Part shown: in pieces, positions 55,648 to 64,000 of the stretch
How the letters are laid out: each line of letters starts with the position of its first letter
How positions within the stretch are numbered: position 1 is the first letter of the stretch
Source: Patescibacteria group bacterium
GTDB lineage: Bacteria; Patescibacteriota; Patescibacteriia; Buchananbacterales; UBA6539
Length of the DNA stretch: 64,000 bases
NCBI GenBank assembly: GCA_034003985.1
Contig: JAVEXP010000003.1
Location: 58,643 to 122,642 of the forward strand
Reading direction: 5' to 3'
Made by a program: the position numbers and the translations under genes
The notes under the pieces: generated by a model
Told to the model about the DNA's origin: nothing
Seen by the model: only the letters and a program-made list of their open reading frames with translations
Database searches by the model: none

Positions 55648-57132
55648 TCACTTGGTGGGCGGCACGGCCTTATTGGTGTTGAACCACTCATCGTGACTGG
55701 CGCGAAGATCTTGCGTCAGCCCGTCGATGTGGTCCGTTTGGGATCCCCAATTGCTTGGGTACCCAAGCCGGGAGCGAATGCGAGACTGGCGGGTCTCCAA
55801 GCGCCGAGACTGATCGGCACCCAGTTCGACTCGGTCGACCTTGACCAAGCGGCCATCTCGTTCACCCGTGAATTCCAGGTGTTCGAGCGGCAGCTGGATC
55901 TGCTTAGGCGCAACCGCGATCTGCCCGCTAGCCTTGGGGTCGACAACCGACACGAAGGTCAGCCAAACCCCGTCGTTCCAAGACTGTTGATAGGTTCCCG
56001 GGGGCAGGAACCAACCATCGGCTTGGGCCTTGGAAGTTTTGGCCTCTTCCTCGTCGTTGAGGCCGACCCAGTCCTTCCCCTTCTCCCAAAGGCCGAGGGG
56101 AGAAACAATGGACTTGTGAGCCGGTTTGGGATCGGGAATGGTTGGCGCGCTGCCGGGGTTGCGAAGGATGGAATAAACCATTCCAACGACTACGCCAAGC
56201 AGCAAAACAGCCAAGACCAGCCACAATTTTGGCCGGTGGTGAGTTGCCACCGTTCGGCCCTGATCATCCAGATTGACCAGAACCAGAGGTTCAGCGGTGC
56301 CACCAGGGCGATCATCTTCGCCCCAGAACTCTTCGGCGCTGGCACCACCGGTTCCCAACGGCTGGGGACCAAGGTCCGAAGCGTGCCCGAAGGGATCGGC
56401 CAAGGCTTCCTTGTCAGGATCACCTGACTCGCCTCCCCAGACATCATCGAAACGAGGGTGCGGTCCAGAGTCTCGCCCCAGGTCGGAATCAGAAAAGGGT
56501 GGAAGCGATTCAGGGCCATTATCCTGGTGGAGTTCACCATCACTTCCTTCGTCAAAAACCGGCAGCCCCTCTTCATCGGCATGGTCGACATCCTGGTTGG
56601 CATCACCAGGGTCGAGTGTCGGTTCAGGCCACAGAGAATCCGGATCTTCAGCCTCAACAGCTTCTTGTTGGCCTTCGGCTTGTTCCGAATCAGATCCCAA
56701 CCCTGCAAGCAGAGCATCCAAATCCTCTGGCGAAAGCGAAGTCGGTTCAAGGTCATCCTCCTGAGGCGGAGGGCCAGTTTCTTCATCAAGAACCGGCAAA
56801 CCCTCTTCGGCAGGTTCGACATCCTGGTTGGCATCACCAGGGCCGAGCGTCGGTTCGGGCTCGGGTGGTAGTGGGAGCGTGTCCCAAATCAGATAATTTG
56901 CCAGCACCTCGCTGTTGACATACGGCAAATTCTGAAAGGCCACATCTTTTTCCACCTCTTCAAAGACATAGCCCCAACCGTCATCTTGGAGTCCAGCGAC
57001 TTCTGTGGTAAAGATGTCGCCAAACCCCTGAGCAGCCAAGTAAGTTTTGATCTCCTCGTCGGATTTGAAACCGTCGAGAATCTCTCCCTTTCCGGCCGCC
57101 CGAAAAACCTCAATTACTTGTTGAGCCTGCAT
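55648..57132 (-). CDS. GC-rich hypothetical membrane protein: N-terminal cytosolic domain, tandem acidic Pro-rich repeats, one TM helix and a ~190-aa extracytoplasmic domain
   Basis: RBS AAGGAG overlaps the upstream gene's stop. The repeats read EPTLGPGDANQDVEPAEEGLPVLDEE and EPTLDPGDANQDVDHADEEGLPVFDEG. TM helix LWLVLAVLLLGVVVGMVYSIL. The terminator CCAGCCGC..GCGGCTGG+T-run lies at ~55575-55612. ~60% GC. Confidence 0.6.
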   Translation of the reverse strand: MQAQQVIEVFRAAGKGEILDGFKSDEEIKTYLAAQGFGDIFTTEVAGLQDDGWGYVFEEVEKDVAFQNLPYVNSEVLANYLIWDTLPLPPEPEPTLGPGDANQDVEPAEEGLPVLDEETGPPPQEDDLEPTSLSPEDLDALLAGLGSDSEQAEGQQEAVEAEDPDSLWPEPTLDPGDANQDVDHADEEGLPVFDEGSDGELHQDNGPESLPPFSDSDLGRDSGPHPRFDDVWGGESGDPDKEALADPFGHASDLGPQPLGTGGASAEEFWGEDDRPGGTAEPLVLVNLDDQGRTVATHHRPKLWLVLAVLLLGVVVGMVYSILRNPGSAPTIPDPKPAHKSIVSPLGLWEKGKDWVGLNDEEEAKTSKAQADGWFLPPGTYQQSWNDGVWLTFVSVVDPKASGQIAVAPKQIQLPLEHLEFTGERDGRLVKVDRVELGADQSRRLETRQSRIRSRLGYPSNWGSQTDHIDGLTQDLRASHDEWFNTNKAVPPTK

Positions 57133-57143
57133 GGTTCATCTCC

Positions 57144-58025
57144 TTATTCCGCGGCGCGGATTGTCAGGACAACGACTTGCTTGCTTGGGGCCAAGCCCGA
57201 CAAGCGAAACTGAACAGTGGCACTACCCTTGATGTGGGGTAGTTTTTCGGTTGGGACTTCTCGCCAACCTTCACCATTCAGATTCCAGCTCAGGCCACAG
57301 CTGTCGGCAAAACCCAGACTATACTGAATCTGTTCCCGAATGGCAAACGCCAGCTTGGGCGTTTCCTGTCCGGGTGCCACCTCCACGGCCCACTTTTCCA
57401 GGACTTGCGACTCCTCTTTGGGAACTGCTTCCCAGCGCGGAGCCTGATTCTCGAGAGGTTCGTTACTGACGGCATCACGGGCCAACCAGCACAAGCTCTC
57501 TTCCTTGTAGGGTGGGAGCGCAACCCAACAGTAGGTCGTCAGATCGCCGGGGAATGTCCGCGATGCCCCGGGATAGTAGCGAACTACATCGCCGGGCTTA
57601 GCGATCTTTCCCTCAATCGGATTGTGGCGATCATCATAGACCACCGCGGCCGAGACTACCGCTCGGACCGAGTAATTGGCAATCCGGTCACCAATCTCAC
57701 CCGCGTCCAAGTTGACCCGGCTGACCTCGTGGTCGACCAGAGCGGCTTCGCGGTCCAGTTGGCTGTTGGCCAACTGCTGACGCGAGCCTCGGTAGTGTTC
57801 GACAATGGCACGAGCCTCGGGCGAGGTTGCGGCCAGCTTGTCGAGCTCGTCATTGCGGACTTGCTCAACGCTGGTCTGCTTGCCCCAGCCCGCATAGCTC
57901 TTGTACCAAGGCCAGGCTTTCGGCAAAACCAGAAACGCGCCGATCACCACCGCGATCCAAAATACCGACACCAAGAAATTCCATGTCCGTGCCTTCGCTT
58001 CAACGCTCATGACGCTTTCCTCCAC
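57144..58025 (-). CDS. GC-rich hypothetical single-pass membrane protein (293 aa)
   Basis: RBS GGTGGAGGAAAG is followed by ATG. N-terminal TM FLVSVFWIAVVIGAFLVLP. Translationally coupled to the downstream 494-aa gene (stop inside the next RBS). Confidence 0.55.
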   Translation of the reverse strand: MEESVMSVEAKARTWNFLVSVFWIAVVIGAFLVLPKAWPWYKSYAGWGKQTSVEQVRNDELDKLAATSPEARAIVEHYRGSRQQLANSQLDREAALVDHEVSRVNLDAGEIGDRIANYSVRAVVSAAVVYDDRHNPIEGKIAKPGDVVRYYPGASRTFPGDLTTYCWVALPPYKEESLCWLARDAVSNEPLENQAPRWEAVPKEESQVLEKWAVEVAPGQETPKLAFAIREQIQYSLGFADSCGLSWNLNGEGWREVPTEKLPHIKGSATVQFRLSGLAPSKQVVVLTIRAAE

Positions 58026-58130
58026 CGGAAAAGTCCGGTTTGTTTGAAGTTCCGTTCAATACCAAAATATATATTCACAGGTTGTCAAAGACCTGATTAA
58101 TCGCTAATCGCACATTGATTAGGATTATAT

Positions 58131-58159
58131 ATTTTATCATATTTTAGATAATTTGTCAA
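58131..58159 (-). promoter_or_regulatory. Near-consensus sigma70 promoter driving the GC-rich B-C operon (TTGACA-17-TAAAAT; TATGAT also present)
   Basis: Minus-strand sequence TATTGACAAATTATCTAAAATATGATAAAATAT lies in a ~300-bp stretch of <25% GC between two ~60% GC genes. Confidence 0.5.
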
Positions 58160-58329
58160 TAAATTACTTAAAAAACAAACTAAAAAATAATAATAATTTT
58201 GGCTAAAATTAAATAAATATTAATGATTAAATTTTGATTATTTAAAAAATAGTAAATTTAGCTAAAAAAGAAGGCGGGCATTCGATTGCTCGTTTGCCCG
58301 CCGTGTTAATGGAAGGATGATTGTGAGGG

Positions 58330-60162
58330 TTACTTTTTTTCACCCTCTTTACCACGGCGATCCTTGTCGCCTCCCCGTTGCTCGCCCTTGCCGCGATCTC
58401 CTCGGTCGCCCTTGCCACCACCACGGTCATCCCGCGGTTTAGTGCTGCGATCACCGGACTGCGGACGAGGACGGTCGGTGCGGGGACGCTGCTGGCCTTC
58501 GGCGCGTGGTGGAGTTGGATCACTCAATCCAGCCAATCCTCGGTAAGTTGCCATCAGACTGACAAGGTCAGTCTGGGCACCACCCGGAGTGGTCACCACC
58601 GTCAGGTTGCCAGTCTTACTGGCAATAGTCCCGGCCGCGTCAACTGCCAAGATTTCATGCCCGCCAGGCGAATTGATTGCCTTGGCGCGCTCGCTGATTG
58701 AGTACGCCTGCGCGTCAGCGAGAATCATTGTCGCCTTGGCGTCGCCAGTGGCTTCGTTGGCCTTGGCCGCGGCTTTGGCCAAAGCGGCCTTGGCATCCTG
58801 CACTGACCGGGCCAGCGATGTATTGCTGGGTTCCAGATCCGTAACCTGGGCATCGTAGAGAAGAAAACCGAATTTCTCCATGATTACCGCGGCCGGTGAT
58901 TCCGCCGGAAACGAATCGACCAGAACAATGTTTCGGCCTTGCATTTCCAAGCGGGGACGAATCGGCCGGGTATCCTGATCGTGGTTGACCGTCGGACTGT
59001 ACCCGTCAAACGGCGGAGCCACCAACTTCAGCTTCCAGGCCAAAACGCGATGGGCCTGAAGCTGGATAATCGGATTGAGTTCCAAAGCCCCGAACTCGTT
59101 CTTGGCCTTCTTCTTACTCCTGGCCTTGGCCGAGTCGGCGGCATTAGCCCCAGCTTCGCTGCCAGCATCCTCTTCCGCTTCGTCGGTCTCGTCGACATCC
59201 CGTTTGGCAAAATAGCGCAACGATGCGACCACCTGGCGCCAGCGCGCCAAAATGATGTTGCGCGTCGCTTCAATCGGGAAGTCGGCGCCAAACACTGCCA
59301 GATAAGGATCCCAAACCACCGCTCGGAGGAACAAGTCCGCCGAAATGTCGATTGGGTCAGCGGTGCCCGAATCAGGCACTACGCCGCCGGCTTTGATTTC
59401 GCGCAGCCAGTTCCAGGTGCGCTCGGTGAGGTCGAGGTAACGAACCGGCTGCTTACTGGCACTTTGGACATCGCTGTCCTTTTCATACCAAGGCGGTGCC
59501 ATCTTGTAGCGCCACGGCCAAACCGTAACGCCAAGAAAGTATAGGCCCTTACCCGGAGGTAACAGCACATACCGATCCTTGGTTTGCATCTGGGCGTTGC
59601 GAAGCCTTACCAACAGCTGGTAATGCTTGCGTTTTTCCGGGTCGCTGGTATTGATAATGATCTTCCAGATACCCTTGTCGCCCATGATAAAAGCGGCACG
59701 GTTTTCCGGGACCATCACCCACCACCAGCCCAGTTCGCCCATCGGCCGCAGCATCGGCTGGCTGCTGAAAAACACCAACAGTCCGCCGACCAAGCCAAAG
59801 CCAATCAAAGCGAGCGGGCCAAATGGGTAGTCAAACGACGAGACACCCACCAAACCCAAAACGATGAGGAAAAGACCGCCGAAGACAAAGGCAAAGTACT
59901 GCCAAAAGTCTCGGCGATAGCCGTCCAACTCGTGCCAGATTTCTTCCTCGCCAGGGTTGACCTTGCGCGAAAGACTCTTGCGCTCCACCGACCAGGCGCC
60001 AGTCAGAATGCCGGCAATGCAGATGCCGCCAGCCAGCGCCAGGCTGCCAAACGGCTGCGGGGTGAACAAAAACAACGCCACCGCAATAATCAGGGTTGCC
60101 ACCAGTTTGGCAACCAGGTTGCCGCTCTTGCTAGCAACCTTCTCATCAGACTTATTAGCCAT
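58330..60162 (-). CDS. GC-rich SPFH/band-7 (flotillin-like) membrane protein with two N-terminal TM hairpins and a C-terminal Ala-rich coiled coil plus an RGD-rich disordered tail
   Basis: Consensus RBS AAGGAGG 7 nt before ATG (revcomp 60160-60162). The SPFH-like core reads VMVPENRAAFIMGDKGIWK...YFLGVTVWPW...ISADLFLRAVVWDPYLAVFGADFPIEATRNIILARWRQVVASL (cf. YqiK IVPQGEVGVVTRFG...VDAVVYYRVTDP...LAQTTLRSVIG). The tail is RPRTDRPRPQSGDRSTKPRDDRGGGKGDRGDRGKGEQRGGDKDRRGKEGEKK. The terminator GGCGGGCA..TGCCCGCC+T7 lies at 58264-58300. Confidence 0.6.
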   Translation of the reverse strand: MANKSDEKVASKSGNLVAKLVATLIIAVALFLFTPQPFGSLALAGGICIAGILTGAWSVERKSLSRKVNPGEEEIWHELDGYRRDFWQYFAFVFGGLFLIVLGLVGVSSFDYPFGPLALIGFGLVGGLLVFFSSQPMLRPMGELGWWWVMVPENRAAFIMGDKGIWKIIINTSDPEKRKHYQLLVRLRNAQMQTKDRYVLLPPGKGLYFLGVTVWPWRYKMAPPWYEKDSDVQSASKQPVRYLDLTERTWNWLREIKAGGVVPDSGTADPIDISADLFLRAVVWDPYLAVFGADFPIEATRNIILARWRQVVASLRYFAKRDVDETDEAEEDAGSEAGANAADSAKARSKKKAKNEFGALELNPIIQLQAHRVLAWKLKLVAPPFDGYSPTVNHDQDTRPIRPRLEMQGRNIVLVDSFPAESPAAVIMEKFGFLLYDAQVTDLEPSNTSLARSVQDAKAALAKAAAKANEATGDAKATMILADAQAYSISERAKAINSPGGHEILAVDAAGTIASKTGNLTVVTTPGGAQTDLVSLMATYRGLAGLSDPTPPRAEGQQRPRTDRPRPQSGDRSTKPRDDRGGGKGDRGDRGKGEQRGGDKDRRGKEGEKK

Positions 60163-60288
60163 GCGAGTTCCTCCTTGCCTGTCAGCAGACAGGCGGGTTG
60201 ATTCAAATCGGTCGAACCGAATTTCCTTCCAGTTAAATTGCCAATGATCTATACAAACACCCATTGAATCACAATGAGGTGATTTTAT

Positions 60289-60317
60289 ATCATACCAAAA
60301 TTCTAATATTTTGTCAA
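60289..60317 (-). promoter_or_regulatory. Consensus sigma70 promoter (TTGACA-17-TATGAT) driving the SPFH gene
   Basis: Minus-strand sequence CTATTGACAAAATATTAGAATTTTGGTATGATATAAAA. The first 16 nt are identical to the promoter of the 10.2-11.6 kb GC-rich gene (11717-11739). Confidence 0.55.
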
Positions 60318-60394
60318 TAGAAAATCTAAAATTAAATAAAAACAACCCCCTAGCTAAGAGGGAGCAGATATCTGTTAATTAATTTTACACGATA

Positions 60395-60799
60395 TTATGA
60401 ACCGGCCAGCGTGCTGATAACAAAAGATACGATCGCGTAACTCATAAAAATTACCGCCAAGCCAAAAACCGCCCACATAATCATGTCTTTGCCTTTTTTA
60501 ATTTTTTCTTCATTACCCGCCGAAGTCACCCAGGTGAAACCACCTAACACGAAAACCGCCAGTGCCAACGAGCCAACCAAACCAAGCATGGCTCTAATGA
60601 CATTGCCAATAATCACCCGCGGATCAGCGGTTGGCAAAGGATTATCCAAACCGCTGGGACTGCCATACCCAGTTGGACCCAAACCTTCAGCGCCTTCTCC
60701 ATATACTGTTGGATCGCGTCCAGCCAAGACATTGGTTAAAGGAAAAAATGAAAAAACTAACATCAGAACTAGAATTGAAGCAATAAAATATTTATTCAT
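60395..60799 (-). CDS. Small secreted/membrane protein (134 aa) with a signal peptide and two C-terminal hydrophobic helices separated by a short basic loop (VirB2/TrbC-pilin-like or holin-like topology)
   Basis: MNKYFIASILVLMLVFSFFPLTNVLA; ...MLGLVGSLALAVFVLGGFTWV-TSAGNEEKIKKGKD-MIMWAVFGLAVIFMSYAIVSFVI. Confidence 0.4.
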   Translation of the reverse strand: MNKYFIASILVLMLVFSFFPLTNVLAGRDPTVYGEGAEGLGPTGYGSPSGLDNPLPTADPRVIIGNVIRAMLGLVGSLALAVFVLGGFTWVTSAGNEEKIKKGKDMIMWAVFGLAVIFMSYAIVSFVISTLAGS

Positions 60800-60816
60800 A
60801 CTATTTTAAGTATAAA

Positions 60817-61620
60817 TTAGTGCCGGCGCAGTGTCAAACCTTTAAACCGGACAAAAATCATGACCAAACTGACAATAATTAGCCCGGTGCTGAAAACAAT
60901 CGGCCAGCGCACGCCAAAAAATAACGGTGTTTGGTCCAGCCGTAAAATCTCCATCAAAATCCGAATAATGGAATAATTAATCAAATAGATAAATAGCAGG
61001 ACGCCGGATTTTAGTTTTAATTTTTGATAGATGAAAAGCAGGATTAAAAAATTAAGCAAATTCAAAATTGATTCATATAAAAAAGTCGGATGAAAATAGT
61101 GATGACTTAAATATTCCAACGGCCGATTGGCCAAATCAATGGGAATACCCCAGGACAAATCAGTTGGCCGGCCAAACAATTCCTGATTAAAATAATTGCC
61201 AAAGCGGCCAATCGCCTGGCCCAAGGGCAAGGCCACAACCAACAAATCAGCCAAAATCCAAAAATTCAAACCCTTGGTCCAACAATAAATAACCAAAGTA
61301 AAAACAGCGCCAATAATCGCTCCGTGAATGGCCAAGCCGCCGTGCCAAACGGCAAAAATTTCAAAAGGATGCGACTGATAAAAACGCAAATCCAAAAAAA
61401 CAGCGTAAATCCTGGCACCCAGCAAACTGGCAAGCAGCAAATAAAAACCAAAATCATAAATTTGATCACGGCTGATTTTCTGGTTTTTTGCCAACTTTAA
61501 AACAACCAACAGACCGGCGATTATTCCCAACACAATAAACAAACCATACCAATGAATTTTTAAAAAACCGAATTGGAATAAAATTGAATTGGGCTGAAAA
61601 TGATGCAAAAAATTTATCAT
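60817..61620 (-). CDS. lgt: Prolipoprotein diacylglyceryl transferase
   Basis: HWYGLFIVLGIIAG near the N-terminus and the Lgt signature GRFGNYFNQELFGRPT. The ORF-track start at 61731 is extended; MINFLHH at 61620 is the likely start. Confidence 0.8.
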   Translation of the reverse strand: MINFLHHFQPNSILFQFGFLKIHWYGLFIVLGIIAGLLVVLKLAKNQKISRDQIYDFGFYLLLASLLGARIYAVFLDLRFYQSHPFEIFAVWHGGLAIHGAIIGAVFTLVIYCWTKGLNFWILADLLVVALPLGQAIGRFGNYFNQELFGRPTDLSWGIPIDLANRPLEYLSHHYFHPTFLYESILNLLNFLILLFIYQKLKLKSGVLLFIYLINYSIIRILMEILRLDQTPLFFGVRWPIVFSTGLIIVSLVMIFVRFKGLTLRRH

Positions 61621-61720
61621 ATTTTCAGTATAACATGTTTTAAAGATAAAAAAATAAGGGGGAGACCGGAAGTGACTTTTCACTCCGGCTCCCCCGAGAC
61701 TGCTTGGAAATCGCGACGGG

Positions 61721-61906
61721 TTACGCCGCAACCAACTTGCGGGCGCGATGTCCGCATTTCACCTTGCTCGAGGTAAAGCGCCCATCATGAGCCTCGGCCG
61801 CAGCGCGGCGTTGGAGATTGCGGACCTCGGGTTTGGTGGTGGCGGTGGCGGTTTTGGAAATTGTCTTTCCCGACTCGTCGACGATGTTCCAGCGGACTTC
61901 AACCAT
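61721..61906 (-). CDS. Small GC-rich hypothetical protein (61 aa)
   Basis: RBS GGGAGAG before ATG. Product MVEVRWNIVDESGKTISKTATATTKPEVRNLQRRAAAEAHDGRFTSSKVKCGHRARKLVAA. A long imperfect hairpin terminator lies at 61656-61700. ~62% GC. Confidence 0.45.
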   Translation of the reverse strand: MVEVRWNIVDESGKTISKTATATTKPEVRNLQRRAAAEAHDGRFTSSKVKCGHRARKLVAA

Positions 61907-62155
61907 GATCTTCTCTCCCGTTTTGAACCTGAGTTAATGTAATGACAGAATGATTCAGACGCTCAGCGTTCAAACGGCGGATCGTGCGATTTTGCCGACA
62001 TGGCAACCCTCCTTATGGTTTTGTTTCTCCTGCCAAGGCAGCCCAGTCAGCACTGTGGACTACCTATATAAAATACACCATACCAAAAATTGACCTTAAT
62101 GTCAAGGTTAACTAAAAAACGGCGGCTGATTCCGCCTGTTTTTTAGTTAGAATAA

Positions 62156-64000
62156 TTATTGCTTGCGGCGAAGTTTCTTTTCCTGTTCCAAGACTTCCAA
62201 AGTGGTTTTAACAATCGTATCGGGATTAAGCGACATACTGTCAATCCCCTGACTGACCAAGAACTTGGCCAAATCGGGAAAGTCGGACGGCGCCTGGCCG
62301 CAGATGCCGATTTTGCGTTTGGCCTTTTTGGCAATCTTGATTACTTGAGCCAGCATTTTTTTGACCGCTTCATCGCGCTCATCATAAACATTAGCCACCA
62401 ACGAAGAATCACGGTCAACCCCCAAGACCAGTTGGGTCAAATCATTGGAGCCAATCGAAAAACCGTCAAAAATCTCAGCGAATTTTTCGGCCAAAATCAC
62501 ATTGGAAGGAATTTCACACATCACATAAATTTCCAAACCATCCTCGCCCTGCTTGAGACCGGCTTGATTGATTACCTTAATCACCTTGCGGCCTTCTTCG
62601 ACAGTGCGACAAAATGGCACCATCATTTTAACATTCTTCAAACCAAATACATCCCGGGCTTTTTTGAAGCCCTGACATTCCAGCATAAACGCTTCTTGAT
62701 ATTGCGGCGCGTAATAGCGAGAAGCGCCGCGCCAACCAATCATCGGATTGGATTCGATCGGTTCAAATTCAGTGCCACCGATCAAATTGGCATATTCGTT
62801 TGATTTAAAGTCAGACAAACGGAAAATCACATCCTTGGGATAAAAGGCTGATGCCAACTGACCGATGCCTTCGGCCAACTTGTCAACAAAATACTGACCT
62901 TTGTTTTTGTAACCAACGGTTAGTTTGGCGATTTGTTTTTTGGCGCGCTTGTCTTTCAGTTTGTCAAAATGAAGCAGCGCCAAAGGATGAATCTTAATCT
63001 GATTGGCAATAATAAATTCTTCACGGGCCAAACCGACACCATCGTTGGGAATAAACGAAGACGCAAAAGCGATGTCGGGTTGACCGATATTCATCATAAT
63101 TTTGGTTTTCGGCCGCTTGATCTGGCGAACATTGGTCTTTTTGACTTCAAACGGCAGTAAACCATCATAAACATAGCCGGTTTCACCTTCAGCGCAAGAA
63201 ATGGTCACTTTTTGCCCCGGCTTGATTTTTTTGGTCGCCTCCACCGTGCCGACAATACAAGGAATACCAAGCTCGCGGCTGACAATGGCCGCATGGCAAG
63301 TCCGGCCGCCCTTGTTGGTAATAATCCCGGCGGCAATCTTCATAATCGGCTCCCAGTCGGGATCGGTCATGTCGGTCACCAGAATCTGGCCGGCCACAAA
63401 CCGTTCAATTGCCTTGGGGCTTTTAATAATATTGGCTACGCCGTTGGCAATTTTATTGCCGACCGACGGACCCTGAACAATCACCGTCCCGCGTTTGGCC
63501 AGCTTATATTCTTCTAAAACACTCAAATTCTTAGCGGCGTGAACGGTTTCGGGACGAGCTTGAAGAATGAAAAGTTTTTTGGTTTTACCGTCCTTGGCCC
63601 ACTCAATATCCATCGGCCGCTGATAATGCTTTTCAATCAGCACTCCCCATTCGGCCAATTGCAAAATTTCTTTGTCTGTTAAAACATATTTTTGCTGTTC
63701 AGCTACGGTCGTTCGGACATCCTTGACCGGTTGACGATTGGCGGCTTTGGCATCATAAATCATCTTGATTTTTTTACTGCCAAGTTTTCTGTTAATAATT
63801 GGTTTATAGCCCTGACTTAAAGTTTCTTTAAAAACATAAAACTCGTCGGGGTTAACTTTGCCCTGAACGACATTTTCCCCCAGCCCCCAAGAACCATTGA
63901 TCAGCAGCGCGCCGCGAAAACCACTTTCGGTGTCAATCGTGAACATCACCCCGGAACAAGCCTTGTCGGAACGAACCATCAATTGAACGCCGACGGACAA
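62156..64000 (-). CDS. ppsA: Phosphoenolpyruvate synthase (pyruvate, water dikinase), C-terminal ~614 aa; the N-terminus lies beyond the right window edge
   Basis: Phosphohistidine swivel domain GGRTCHAAIVSRELGIPCIVG and C-terminal PEP-utilising TIM barrel (..MCEIPSNV.., GICGQAPSD). The bidirectional terminator GGCGG-aatcag-CCGCC with flanking T-runs lies at 62115-62147. Confidence 0.85.
   Translation of the reverse strand: MSVGVQLMVRSDKACSGVMFTIDTESGFRGALLINGSWGLGENVVQGKVNPDEFYVFKETLSQGYKPIINRKLGSKKIKMIYDAKAANRQPVKDVRTTVAEQQKYVLTDKEILQLAEWGVLIEKHYQRPMDIEWAKDGKTKKLFILQARPETVHAAKNLSVLEEYKLAKRGTVIVQGPSVGNKIANGVANIIKSPKAIERFVAGQILVTDMTDPDWEPIMKIAAGIITNKGGRTCHAAIVSRELGIPCIVGTVEATKKIKPGQKVTISCAEGETGYVYDGLLPFEVKKTNVRQIKRPKTKIMMNIGQPDIAFASSFIPNDGVGLAREEFIIANQIKIHPLALLHFDKLKDKRAKKQIAKLTVGYKNKGQYFVDKLAEGIGQLASAFYPKDVIFRLSDFKSNEYANLIGGTEFEPIESNPMIGWRGASRYYAPQYQEAFMLECQGFKKARDVFGLKNVKMMVPFCRTVEEGRKVIKVINQAGLKQGEDGLEIYVMCEIPSNVILAEKFAEIFDGFSIGSNDLTQLVLGVDRDSSLVANVYDERDEAVKKMLAQVIKIAKKAKRKIGICGQAPSDFPDLAKFLVSQGIDSMSLNPDTIVKTTLEVLEQEKKLRRKQ

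Noticed and set aside
55615-58100. Long + strand ORFs (55615..56427 270 aa; 56273..56764; 56458..56918; 57405..58100 231 aa) opposite the GC-rich membrane genes
   Set aside because: The same GC-rich artefact. Their products are Arg/Pro/Gly-rich low-complexity. The minus-strand models have SDs, translational coupling, TM helices and terminators.
1-64000. CRISPR arrays, transposases/integrases, or prophage genes flanking the GC-rich islands
   Set aside because: No direct-repeat/spacer periodicity, no recombinase motifs (tyrosine R..H..R..Y or DDE) and no terminal inverted repeats were found on either strand. The islands appear gene-by-gene domesticated rather than carried by a recognisable mobile element.

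Overview
The window is a low-GC (~40%) small-genome bacterial chromosome segment with CPR/Patescibacteria-like gene content. Housekeeping genes readable from the sequence are der, pth, dprA, folC, topA, a short rel, parAB, glyQS, an smpB–tmRNA pair, infC-rpmI-rplT, a csoR–copZ–copA copper operon, nrdAB, lgt and ppsA. Seven RNA genes are present: tRNA-Val, tRNA-Leu, two CAT-anticodon tRNAs (one initiator-like), tRNA-Asp, tmRNA and a degenerate tRNA-Val fragment. No CRISPR array, transposase or integrase is visible.

Three things stand out. First, several compositionally foreign GC-rich (~60%) gene units are embedded in AT-rich host DNA, and each is wired to a near-consensus host-type sigma70 promoter and its own intrinsic terminator. 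These are a secreted dockerin/PASTA/Ig/InlB-B-repeat protein at 10.2–11.6 kb, a three-gene membrane module of an SPFH/flotillin-like protein plus two single-pass membrane proteins with acidic repeats at 55.6–60.2 kb, and a small ORF with an upstream 12-codon uORF next to lgt. A moderate-GC orphan at 33.0–33.5 kb is similar. Second, a minus-strand surface-protein operon at 20.8–27.6 kb contains a 1279-aa Cys-rich giant protein with an intein-like (BIL/Hint) domain and a 96-bp tandem repeat, plus DUF916-like and small secreted partners. Third, there are several unexplained structured noncoding elements: a ~137-nt multi-helix RNA candidate between pth and dprA, a hairpin-dense region at 11.8–12.5 kb, and a 55-nt nested palindrome between the DUF5320 and DUF134 genes.
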